A DNA stretch of 61,422 nt, filler included, from Sphacelaria rigidula (Eukaryota): NCBI GenBank assembly GCA_964200075.2. It is 4 parts of 4 records of this genome, joined end to end, with 100 filler letters (N's around TTAATTAATTAA, not from the genome) between each part and the next. Parts side by side here need not be neighbours in the genome. Positions count along the whole stretch, not along the records: positions 46,145 to 61,422 come from CAXNAA020001827.1; 3 more parts are not named here. The stretch is one strand, 5' to 3'. The translations under genes and the position numbers were made by a program. Below, piece after piece: positions 50,008 through 61,422 of the stretch. The stretch's first letter is position 1; each line of letters opens with the position of its first letter. The notes below the pieces were generated by a model, which saw only the letters and a program-made list of their open reading frames with translations, did no database searches and was not told the DNA's origin.

Positions 50008-53000
50008 TATAGAGCCCTCCTGGACCCAGAACAAGGTCACAAGATTGCTCCAAAGGCTTCCTCCCTCACTAGGGCCTGGAGACTTCAAGACAGTTGTTAT
50101 TCATAAACACACAGCCTTCGTTATCGGAAGTAACCACATGCGTGAAGCAGATGATGTTCAAATCCACATAGTCTGCCGATCAGCAGATTATTCCACTTGA
50201 ATATTATCATGAACCTGCACGTACGTGTACTGGAGGTGGACTACTCTACAGCACCCCCAAAACTCCTCACTACTCGAAGTAGAAAGCGAGTTTGACAAAC
50301 AGTAGACACCGACAAACACGTTCATGCTACCTTTGTCTGCCTGTTGGTGACACATGGCCATGCTGTGTCATGTTCACAAAGAAAATGATCTTTTGCAAAA
50401 CGCTGAACAACGACACTTTAACACAGCGTTTCGATCGAACTTAGTGAAGTCAATAATTTATTCAACGGAAATTTCCAGTCGTGGCATGCTCACACAAAGC
50501 AAACGCGCCGAGGAAAATACCATTTCAAACCGTAGCACTCAATCATACCATGCACTCAAAGCTTGATACCGTACTTTGCCTACAACCGTGCCCGCACCGT
50601 TTGACTCAGTTCCAGCTGATGCAGCACAGAACAAATATGCGGTGCTCCTTCCAGAAAAATGGGCACATCATCCACATTCTCCGTTTTGCAGATGCGAAGC
50701 ACCATCTATGCGCTTATCCAAACACATGATAAGCCATCAAAGATGTACCACAGTAAAAGATCACTGTATTCGCGTACGATTTCTTTTATCGTCAACCTCT
50801 GGAAATACTCACGTTATACTTGTTCACATACAAGCCTACGCATCTCGTAGTTTCCGCTCATTTTCACGCCAGCAGCAGCAATCACCACTCCTACAGGCAG
50901 TTTCTGCAAAACGCACAAAGATGATTCCAATTTTTGTGCGAAAAATGATATACGAGCTTTATTCCATTCAGCACACAGCAGTGTATTGGAAACTGCATCA
51001 CTCTGACTCTTCATCAGACACCATGCACATCAGTCACACCTGCATGCTCATATTTCACTCAGCAGCTTCTTTGCAGAAACCACCATGTATCATGTGTGCC
51101 AACCAGCACAACACTACAGACAAGTCCAGGAACCACATCACCACCACCTACAACCGTCCACAAAACGATTCAGGTATACAAGTCACAATGTGCTTCCTCA
51201 TTCTCAACAAGCAATTCCACTAGTACTTGCTTCTTAACATCACCCAACACGGCGCTCACCGCAACATCGAGCACCTCAGGTAATGCCTGCCTTGTAACTC
51301 TCCTGCGCTCCTGTTGAGAAACAGCAGTTCTCCAGCTACAATCTCGTCCACACCGTAGAGTAGCATCTCCACTCCAACAGTCGCTCCTCGCATCATAGAT
51401 GCAGCCACAGCTCTCACAGCTGTCCCGAAAACCAGTGTGCAATACCCACTGCACGGCAGGTGCCAAACCCACCCAGGCGTTGGCATCGCGTCTTTCTCTT
51501 TGCATTGTGACCTTCAAGGTACGAACAATGTCACGCACCATTTGCTCACATTCACGATGTGACAACTGCGAGTTGGCCACCACGAATCTGCGATCCATCA
51601 GCACCTTCTTGAGCACTCTCACCACACGATTCTCATATTGCGATAACGTATCGCTGACCCATCCCTCCTACGGCCCCAGCGCTTTGCACCACGTCAACAG
51701 ATGCTTCACCGTCGTTGCCGCCGTACAAGACTCCGCGGGCTCCAACCGCACGAAGTCGCCCGGGTCATCCATCCTTACCAATATGTACTTGAACCGATCT
51801 CCTTTGTCCAAGCCATTATCTCCCAGCGGACTACCCTCGCCAACACTGAGAAAATTGAAATCGAAAACCTTCCCTGGGCGAACACCGTGCATCACCTCCT
51901 TGTGGTGACGAGATACTCCCTTCCCCGCCTTGTATGCATTCATCCAGCCGAAACAGGACTTCTCGGGCGTTGCAATCGCCGCTCTCGCCCACTCTATCTG
52001 CAAACTGCAGTACACGAGCCCGAGCGCCACCAATGTTGCAATGCAGCGTGCCAACCACGCCATCCTGACCGGAAAGTACGCCCTAGGCCGAGCCTTTGCC
52101 TCCACAGCAGCAGGTTTGAGTTTCACCTTCTAGGGCTCGACACGATCAAGCGGACAACCATGCAGCACTCGCCTAAAAATGCTCGCTCTGTTCCGCACAG
52201 GCTCACGAATTTGGCTCACGTCGCTATCCGACATGCCGTAACCCGCGGCCGCTTGTACTGCCTCCTCTGGCGCAACATCAAGCTCAGCAAGCTCTTGTTC
52301 CGGGGATATGCTCATCGCCGGACTTCTCGACAACAACTGCTCGACTGAGGAATAAACGGGCTCCGCCCGACCTCCTGATTGCTGTAAAGCGTCAACCGTG
52401 GTACTGACACGCCGACAGTCCGTAAAATCAGGCGTGTTTACACCTCGCACCGAAGTGTTTCTTGCACGTGCACAGGCACCTAAGCTACTGTACACGTCAA
52501 GGCCCAGCGCCTCCAGCGTAGGGCTCCCCATGATGATCACATCATCTGTACCCTGCATGACCGCATATGAACATGGGTCCAGCACAACCGGACCCCAGCT
52601 GGTGTGTAAAGCGTTGCGGACAGGGCAAGCTTTCTGCTTCACGCTCTCAACATTGCCATCTGCCAATTTCACCAACTGTTCACCAGCCATCGATCTCACC
52701 ACTTGGACATCTGGAACCATGGCTTGCAATTTCGCCGCCACACCAGCTGACATGGTCGTAAGTCCAGATCCTGAATCTAAAATAGCCGTGACCGGACAAA
52801 CACCCTTTGCCCCTGCACTCGGGACAGACAAGTCGGCAAGACACCACCTTTCCTTGTGATCTACTTGCAGACCCTCAGATTGAAAACCTGACACCTCACC
52901 CGCTTTGAGCGATCTCCATGCTGGCACCGCCGCAGAGATCGAACCCGGGAACGAGTGCGATGAGATGGTTTGCTGCACGCCACCAGTAGAAACCACCGGT

Positions 53001-54528
53001 TCTGATGGCAACGTCGCCCCCCCACTGGGAGCACTTTGTCCATCGGCTGAAAAGGCAGCCCTTGTAGGAGCGGGACTCGTACCCCCTCCGCGAGGCACCT
53101 GTGCAGGGCCCTGCGACAGCTGCTGTTGTTGCTGCTGCTTGTCGCCAGCCTTCGTCTGCCCACCGTTGTGTAGCACCAGCCTGGCCTTGCTGCTTGCAAT
53201 CCTTCCGGAAATGGCCCTTGTTTCCACATATGAAACATCCTGCATAATTTGGGCCTGATTTGCGGGTTTTCCCGAAACTGGCAGTCCCATTTCCACTGCT
53301 CGCCGTTTTCCCACCATTTGGTTGGCGCTTGCTTCCGGAAGTCCCGCTACCATTCCTTTGTTTCAGCTGCGGCTGCTGACGGCGCTGTTTATCCGCCGCT
53401 TCCACCGTCTTCCATGCCTCCGCTGCTTCCCGAGCCGTGTTAAACACAAGCCCAGGGTCCTCCTTCCACCCCCCTCTCATGTTCAACATGTTGAGGACTT
53501 TAATTTTGAATTCGGGGTGGGGGTCAGTCCATTCAACATTTCCCGAGTTATGATTTGAGCGGGTCCTGGTTGGAAATCTGCATCATCGCGGAACGCACGC
53601 TCAGCGCTATTATTCTCCGCAAAAAATTCCTCCAGGGCACCCCACTGCCCTTCTACTCTTCCCATTGCAGTTTGCTCGTTGCGGGCCGCCAACGCTTTCC
53701 GCACACCAGCGGCAGCAACTGAAGGATCGATCTCTTCACCCTGCCAACATTTCGCGTGTCGGCCTAGTGCCTCCTTGAAATCACCTTCGTCATGCACGGA
53801 TCCGTCAAAACTCGCGCGTCACAAACACGCACGGAAGTGCTTCGGCACCAGTTCAGTAACAGTCAGTAAGACGGCCTGTATGCTACGTCCTTTGTTGTTC
53901 ATTTTGATCGCCTGTTCATACTCGACGTATTTCTGATAAAAACGTCGGGACGCAATTTCGCTAAAATGCCGTCCGTACTCTGGGGCTTCCAGCGATCATG
54001 CAGGCATAAGCTTCGTAAACTTAAACTTCACCTCTTCGCCTGCATCGCCATCGCCCACTCTCTTGCGCGTTGCCCTAGCTGCACGCAACAGTTCGAGCCA
54101 ACCTAGCCGTCTCGCCGTTGCCAGCGAGCTCCCTCACGTTACAGTGTGCACACTACTGTGATCAAATTTCGATATAATTTCTCCGCAGCTGTCCACAGCT
54201 GAAAAACCTCTTCCAGAAACCAGCGGGTTCCTCTTAGTAAACGTTTATTATAGAGCCCTCCTGGACTCAGAACAAGGTCACAAGATTGCTCCAAGGGCTG
54301 CCTCCCTCACTAGGGCCTGGAGACTTCAAGACAGTTGTTATTCATAAACACACAGCCTTCGTTATCGGATGTAACCATATGCGTAAAGCATGTGATGTTC
54401 AAATCCACATAGTCTGCCGATCAGACCTAAAAGTCCGTCAAACAATAGAAAACGCCTACAGCAGATTATTCCACTTGTATATCATCATGAACCTGCACGT
54501 ACGTGTACTGGAGGTGGACTAGTCTACA
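50008..54528 (-). mobile_element. Gypsy-derived LTR family, copy E: two LTRs, gag, protease, RT/RNase H deleted, partial integrase
   Basis: LTRs 54249-54528 and 50008-50250. CCHC knuckle CFICGNKGHFRKDC. Protease AILDSGSG. Integrase HG.RPG.VF.FNFL..YILV..DD. Multiple frameshifts. Confidence 0.92.
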
Positions 54529-57500
54529 GAAATCTTTAAGCAACGAAAATCGAGTTTTTTCTCCACGTTAAGTCATGAGCGACAAGGAAGGCGAACTCAA
54601 TGCTATAAAAGCACTCGGCCGTAGTAGCTGAAAAGAAGAAGGTACACCCCAGACAACGAGGGCAAAACCCACTCTGCTGCCCGATCCTCCCACACCTCAA
54701 ACAAGGTAAGCGAAATATGCTACCGAAAAGCTCAAGTGCGCTTGAAGACGAAGGAGCACACAATGCTGCTGCGGGCTAGCGAGCTCAAGAGACAAACATA
54801 AAAAAGCTTCGGCGTGCAAGCGAAAATAAAGAGGCAAAAGGGAAGTCAAACCAGGGGTATAACGTCTACGAGCGTGGTACCAAAGTCAACCTCCGAAAGA
54901 TCAATCACATGCGGCGAGCACATGGTGGCTGAGGAAAGCAAAGGAATCAGCAACTCCAAGACTGCAAATGGTCCAGCGCCAGTCATACAAATCAAGAGCC
55001 AAAATACGAAAAGCTCCAGTAGCCGAAGATGAAGGTGCGCCAGGCAAGGTCCATTCGTGGTCAGACGTTGTGCGCTGAGGAAGCTCCGGTTGCAGGCTGT
55101 TGAAGCAGTTGGTGGACGGCACTGGTGTGTCCTGAGTTGTGGGAGGAGGGGAAATATATCTAAAAAACAGCGACAGAGGAAGCGAAGAAAAGAAAAAGGA
55201 AAAATGTCCACGAGGGGGAGGCAAGAGGTCTGTGTAAGCTCAAAGCGGTGCGTTGACATCGTGTGTGCGATCGATGTTATGTTGAATTCCGCGGCGGAGG
55301 CCCTTGGACTTGGGTCGCTGAAGACACCGAGATCCTTTCGGTGCGAATGGACTTGTGGTGTAAAGCTGTGGCCGGAGTTTGAGGTGTACGGGTCCGAGGT
55401 CATCGATGAAGCGCATGATGCATACTCGTCTCTGGGCAATGAAGGTCAAGGACGTAAATGGGCGTTGAGAAACGCCGGATAGGGTACACACCGGGTTCAT
55501 CGGGTTCGGTCAGTCGGCAAGCGGGGCTGAATTCCACAGCCGTTGGAGAAAGGGGCAAGCGGGAGAGAAGGTCAGTATTCCCGTTGGTTTTGCCAGGGCG
55601 GTGTTTGACAGTACACTGATAAGCTGTCAGGAACTCCAACCAGTGTTGCACACGCGGGTTATGTTCGCCAACTTTGGCGAGTTGTTCAAGTGCTCCGTCA
55701 CCCGTGTAGATTTGGAAAGGCACATGGAACAAATATCGTCGAAGGCGCTTTATGGCCCAAGTGATGACTCCGCCTTTCAGCTCCAGTGGACTCCAGTTGG
55801 CCTCGTTTGGAAGGGTGGCGCGACTGATATAGAGGATGGGTCAAATAGAGCCATGGAGTTGGGGCTGAGTCAGGACCGCGCCGAACCCATCGGTGCTCGC
55901 GTCTGTATGTAGTTGAAAGAGGCGAGAGTCGTCTTGTACGGTATTCCAGTCTGGGAAACAAAGAATCGGTTTTCCGGTGAGCATTTTCAGCAAGTCACGC
56001 ACGATAGCTTCCATGTCTTTGGTGAAGGCAAGCGCGGCGCCTTTTTTAGGCAAGTCCGTGATGGGGTAAATCTGTTTGGACAGGTTAGGCAAAAATTTGC
56101 GATAGTAGGATAGTTCACCCAATGAAGAGCGGAGCTGAGTAATGTTCGTGACACTTTCTACGATAGCCCCTTCCCAAAACCAGCTAAGAGTGTCACGAAA
56201 CAAATGGCCATACAGCGCCTGATGTTCGGGTTCAGGCTGCATTAAGCGCCTCATATTTGCGACGTTGGCTAGAACGAACCCAAGCGTGGGAATCCCCAGC
56301 TTCTCGTTGTGGTCGGCTTTTCCCATTCCGATTTACGTGAAGATTTGCCTTCGAAAGCCATGCCCTTTTTGGGGGGGGCTATCGTAGAAAGTGTCCCGTG
56401 GGCATCGGCAATTCAGTCGTTGCCCTGGCTTTGTTGGTTTCAGGGTGTAGACCCGCCGGTGAAATTGAGTGTCCAAGAAAAACCAGTTCAGTTGCGCCAA
56501 GGCGAGCTTTGGATGGAGACAGTTTCGAATCGTGCTTCCGCAGGCGAGACAGAAACTCTCGTAAGGTACTCACATGCCCAAAGGGGAGGCATCGAATGCG
56601 ATAGAATCGCCCAAGTACATGACGACGCGTTCGAGATTCTCTGTAACGCGTTGCACTGAGCGTTGAAAACAACCTGGTGCAGTGGTGGCACCTTGTGGCA
56701 TACGGAGCCATTCGTAGAGCCCAGAAGATGTACAGAACGCTGTCAGAGGGACTGTATCAGGGTGGATGGTATTCTGGAAAAATCCGGAAGCGAGGTCAAA
56801 GGTACTGAATATTTTTTCTTCGCCTAGAGAGTCGAAGACTTCATCTATGCGAGTGATGGGAAGTTGTCCCACTACAGTGACGCGGTTTAGCCGTTGCTAA
56901 TTCACGGTGATCTCTATGTTTCCATCCTTTTTAGGAACTACCACTAGCGATGAGGCCCACGGAGAAGAGGAGTGTTGGATTAATCCGGCACCTAAGTACG
57001 CATCTAAAATGGCGTTAACGTTTTTGGTAAGGATGGGGTTCGTCCGATACGGTCGAGAAGAGATTGGCGAAACACCAGGTTGAAGGGTGATTTCAAAGAG
57101 CAGCGTTTTGCAATGCCCCAGATCCGCTTTGGATCAAGAAAATCTGTCTTGGTACTCCAATAAAACATCGCTCAATTCTTTGATTACAGCGGGTTCCCAA
57201 CCGGGTCCATGTAGGTCAAAGACCATGTCACGTAAATGGGATGGAAGTTGATCCCACATGTGCAAGAAACTTGTCCGAGATTCGGGCGATAGGCGTTGCA
57301 GCACTTCAGCAGGAGAGTCGGACGTTGACGATGCAGGGTCCACGGTGTGGATACGTGATGGAGACGAAGAGCTTACGTCGAAGTAAGGCTCATCGACGCA
57401 AGTGACAGAACCTTCTGGCGGACGCGCCGAGTTGGGCGTCGAGGGTTCAGTAGCACATGTCTCAAGTGGAATGTGCATGAGAGGAGCAGCAGCAAAATCC

Positions 57501-60500
57501 GCAACATCTCCGGGTTCCAAGTTAGCATGACCCGTGAGTGGCAAAAGTTGTTTCCCTGCGGAGACAAAGTGTTCTGTGCCGGCAGGCGCACCAACCCGAG
57601 GAAGAATTCCAGCGAGGTAATGTACCGTAAGGGCAGGCATGCAATTTCGGGGGACGAGGGCAACTTCTAGCAGTTGAGGATCGTCGGAGGGGGTAACACC
57701 AGCAGTTCCATCGTATCGGAGGTGGTAAGCAGCTCCGGTAGCTTGTTCATTTTTTGATGGGCCAAGGCGCCGTGAAGAGTGCTGAAATGTTCAAGGTTGA
57801 GTACTCCACGAGGCGCAGACTGTGGCGATAATGGTGGTAGCGTGCGATAGGTGCGTTGATCAAACCGCATGTAACTTTCTCGGCCCATGAGTAAGGCGTG
57901 AGCCATGGTGCTGTCGGGGAAAACATATGCCCAGACTGCAAGGCTGGCAGAACGAGTTTTGTTGTGAAATAATTGCACACTGAGACGAACGGATATTCGT
58001 GTGGTCAAAGGTGCGATGGAGTCACCAGAACCACCCCATACTCGACGTTTGGTGGTGATTTCGCAAGCTGCTGAAGCAGCGCCAATCTAATTAATATGTT
58101 CCCACATTGATTCACGAATAATAAATGTTCATGGGCTGCCGCTATCTCACAACTAGACACAATTGGCAGTCGTAGTTGCGTATGGTCCACAATGGAGCGC
58201 TACGCGAGTAGAAAACGTGGCAGAATCAACAGACACTTTACCGCCGACAAGATCCGGACCATGTTCAGCGAAGGTGAACCGATCGGAATCAGTAATGCTG
58301 ACGGCGAAAACGGACGGCGGGTGATCCGCCGGGGGTTCAACTTTCTCACCAGAAAGTTTGCTGAATGATGTGTGGTCCCCAGAGTGAGCACAGCTCGGCT
58401 GGGCATTAGCAATTTCATATATGACCGTGTTGGGAAGGCAGGGATCAACGTCTAAAGTAGATCCATGTTGTTCAGTGTAGTCCGCAAAAGAGGTAGAAAT
58501 ATCCGAAATATCTGGTTTGGATTCTCTGGGACACTTAATAAATTCATCGAGCGCAAAGTCGTCTCATTTTGGAGAGAGTGAGGTCGAGACTTTCCACTCA
58601 AGGGAGGTGTACGTGTTGATGCGCGCGCTTCAGTGGGGGCATGTTCGCGGGGCTTCCTCTCTCGCCGTGACAAAGGGTAGTGAACTTCCAAAGTATTTGG
58701 GGAAAGCCCAACTGCGTCCAGTTGAGGGGATGGGGTCAGCATCGGGGCATGCTCGGTCGAAGCTTGTGGACTGTCCGCTGGGAAGCTTGGCTGAGGAGTC
58801 ATAGCCGAAGGTATATTATGATGGTTTATGTGGGAACCAGTCAGGGATAGCTTCGCATGCTGTAATGAACGCGAAGAATGAACTCGTTCGACCTGGGTGG
58901 GTGTTACATGGTCCGAAGCGGTCAAATTCTGACCAGCGACACTTGAACTAGTCGAGTGAATTTACACTACTGCCTGTGCGTGCGGTCGCTGAGGAAAGCC
59001 TTTGCCTCAGAGACGGGCGGTTGGTGTTTCCACACCTCAGACTTACGCTCAGTTCCGGCGGACCAAGTCCAGAGCCGAGGGTAGGGCTAAGTTGTGAGTC
59101 AACGCAACTGTTACGCTGTGTACGAAGAGGTGAAGACGGGGGTCGATATGAGCGGCCGTCATTAGTACTCGTGCATAGTGCCGGGGCGGTTGAGCGAGAT
59201 ATTTTTGTCGCTTGTTCCGCGGTTGGTGTTGAAATAATAGTCTTCGCGTGTGCTGTCGGCGGCGCCGAAGACGTGAAAACGCCGGCGTCGGCATGTCATG
59301 GATCGGTACGATCAGTCATAAAGGAACCAGGGTTTCTGGCGTTGGGGTTCGCGTGATTGTGATTCGACCCCGTGCGCTGGTATCTATCGGCGGAATTCCG
59401 GTGACGGTGAGATGACCTCTCTCTTCGCCGGGAGCCAGAGTTGTCGTAGTTGTTGGGGCAACTGTCGCGGTTCGAGCGAGTGTTGTCGCGGTCGTTGAAA
59501 GGGCGGCGAGAATGACGGTTGGGTGTGCGATATTTACGCATGCGTTTCTGCCATCGGCGCCATGCTGGCTCATTGTCCTGCAGCTCAGAGTTCATGAGGT
59601 CAAAAGAGTTGATACAAGGACGAGTACAATCACGCATACTGTGCCCTTGGGTGTTACAATTGATGCAACTATTTGCGTGGCGGCTGAAGGCCTCGTGTCT
59701 GGCAGCAGACGAGAGGAGGGGGTTCCACAGATGTGGGTCATCTGTCGTAAACGTAGAGGTAGATACAGTGTAAACATCATCCCAAGTCTCGACGGAGTAC
59801 GGCCATCCGTCAAAACTGGCGCTGAACGGATCTCTCTAGTTTGCAGCGCTCATGACGGAGCCGGCCACGGAGGCAGGCACCCACGAGGAACGAAGCGGAG
59901 TGTGAAGCCGGCTACGGGACCCTGAAGGGGTCAAAGAAGGCGCAGAAGCAGACTGAGAACGAACTGAAGCATACTTGTCGCCGCGAATGGCTGGCGTCAA
60001 ATCATTTTCTTGATGAACAAACGCACTCCACATAGCATCCACAGAGGGATAAGGTACTTCGCGGTGGGCTACAGCACCTGAAAACAGTGATGGCATTAGA
60101 GTCGGGTACTGCTCGGCCACTATTCCTCACATATGATTGACACATTGCGTCCGACAGGCCAGTCTAGCGGCCTACTTCCATAGTACTGGAAACGAGAAGC
60201 TTGAATTCTCGGAGGTAGTCCGCAAAGGGGACATCTGTTGCGGCACCGAAAGAACCAAGTCGTTGTATAGCACTCCCTTGAGTGCTGCGATCGAAGTAGC
60301 CGGTGGTCAAGCGGCGCTCCAGATCACGGAGTAAATCCGGGCCTGACTTCCCCGAGGCACGGTCCGCATCCATAGCGGCCATGAAACCATCAAGGACTTG
60401 TGTCAAAGCTGCGGCAGTGTCGGGCAAGCGGCGGTTGATGGGGCGGTGCAGAGCTTTGTGAAGAAGGGTCTGCCAGCCGTCAGCCTAGTAGGAGTTTCCG

Positions 60501-61288
60501 AAACGTTGAGCACCCGCAGAGCCTGCTAGCTGAAGAATATTTCGAAGGGTGCGACGTATAGATGTGATGAGAGCAGAAGTAAATTATCTCGAGTCTTCGT
60601 TGTCTGCTGCAGGTATGAGTTTCACATGCCAAAGTTTTTCACGTCCATTTGGATGTATTCTCTCTGGATGGCGGTGGTGCGGGCGGATTCCGCTCGAGCG
60701 GCGGTTGCTGCTGCACTTGCTGCGGCTTGCGCTCGGTCGGCGGCAGCGGCAGCCAGAGTGCGAGCCGAAGTGGAAGATAACGGTGTATCGAAGTTGTCGT
60801 CCGAGAGGCCTAAAATCTGACGCGAAACATCTGCTAGACGCGGTGTAGCGCGACGCAGGTCGGAAAAAGCCGACGCGGGCGAGTTCATGGCGGACAGAAT
60901 CCTGGGGTTGGTGGAGGAAGAGCTCGACGAGCTGTTACTCTGGTGTGTCTTGTTCAAACCGGTGGTGGGATGGGTCACACGGTGTGGTTGGGTTCTCCCA
61001 GAGAAAGAGCTTGAACCTCCGTGGTGGTTGCGAGAATCACCGCGGTGAATGCGCTCATGGTCGGCAACATCGTGTCTGTGGCGTCGGCGGCGAGGAGTGA
61101 CCGAGATCCAGTCGTCATCAATCTGGGCTGTGGCGGATTTGCAGGCGGCGCGCAATGCGTCGAAGAGCTCGACAATGGACAGGTCGTAAGGGGTGATTTG
61201 TTCGATGTGGCGGACTCATTGGCCGATGGTAATCGGAAAGAGACCATCGGAAGGGCAGACCCCGTCGTGTTACAGGTGGGAAGAAACC
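54529..61288 (-). mobile_element. Second, distinct decayed Ty3/gypsy element (gag, protease, RT, RNase H; integrase truncated)
   Basis: RT SPWASSLVVVPKKDG..FSTFDLASGFFQ..EWLRMPQGA..MYLGD (YxDD mutated). RNase H LHTDAS.DGFGAVLTQ..DLLSRLP. Stops and frameshifts throughout. Confidence 0.92.
56150..56396. mobile_element. MITE inserted in the gypsy RT/RNase H connection region
   Basis: 21-bp TIR GACACTTTCTACGATAGCCCC. CGT duplicated on both flanks. Removing it restores ..LPMPT-NITQLRS. Confidence 0.9.
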
Positions 61289-61422
61289 GACACTTTCTAC
61301 GATAGCCCCCCCCAAAAACGTGCATGATTTTGGGAGGAAAAATCTTCACGTAAATCGAAATGGGAAAAGCCGACCACAACGAGAAGCTGGGGATTCCCAC
61401 GCTTGGGTTCGTTCTAGCCAAT
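61289..61422. mobile_element. Second copy of the same MITE, opposite orientation, runs off the window
   Basis: Same TIR; the interior is the reverse complement of about 56255-56390. Confidence 0.9.

Noticed and set aside
50001-54143. TGTAACGT...ACGTTACA as terminal inverted repeats of a DNA transposon
   Set aside because: There is no TSD. Alignment of the LTR copies places the real boundaries at 50008 and 54528, so the 8-bp match is likely chance.

Overview
This is eukaryotic nuclear DNA of about 50% GC with spliceosomal introns, CAG microsatellites and three 100-bp assembly gaps. A brown alga or other ochrophyte is inferred from a bipartite signal+AF plastid-targeting N-terminus and the TE repertoire; this was not confirmed by search. 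Host coding sequence is sparse. It comprises (i) phase-compatible minus-strand exons of an unidentified gene at about 1.8-6.8 kb, (ii) a plastid-targeted parvulin (PpiC-type) PPIase on the minus strand (exons 37734-38053 and 31273-31412), and (iii) a divergently transcribed polyQ/QLQ-domain gene (SNF2/BRM-like N-terminus, exons from 38357). Most of the remainder is transposon DNA: at least five pieces of one Ty3/gypsy-derived, RT-less LTR family, a second decayed Ty3/gypsy element, a Ty1/copia relic, a LINE-like relic, nested MITEs (hAT-like with 8-bp TSDs, one TGT..ACA element with a 4-bp TSD), tRNA-like Pol III heads and minisatellites. The strongest candidate for something undescribed is in the RT-less LTR family. 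It has no TGG-type tRNA primer-binding site; three diverged copies instead carry a covarying palindrome (core AACGTT) right after the 5' LTR, and most LTRs end in TA rather than CA. A 480-bp insertion built from inverted tRNA-like heads ending in a 90-bp hairpin is also unusual. All calls are by eye; no database searches were run.
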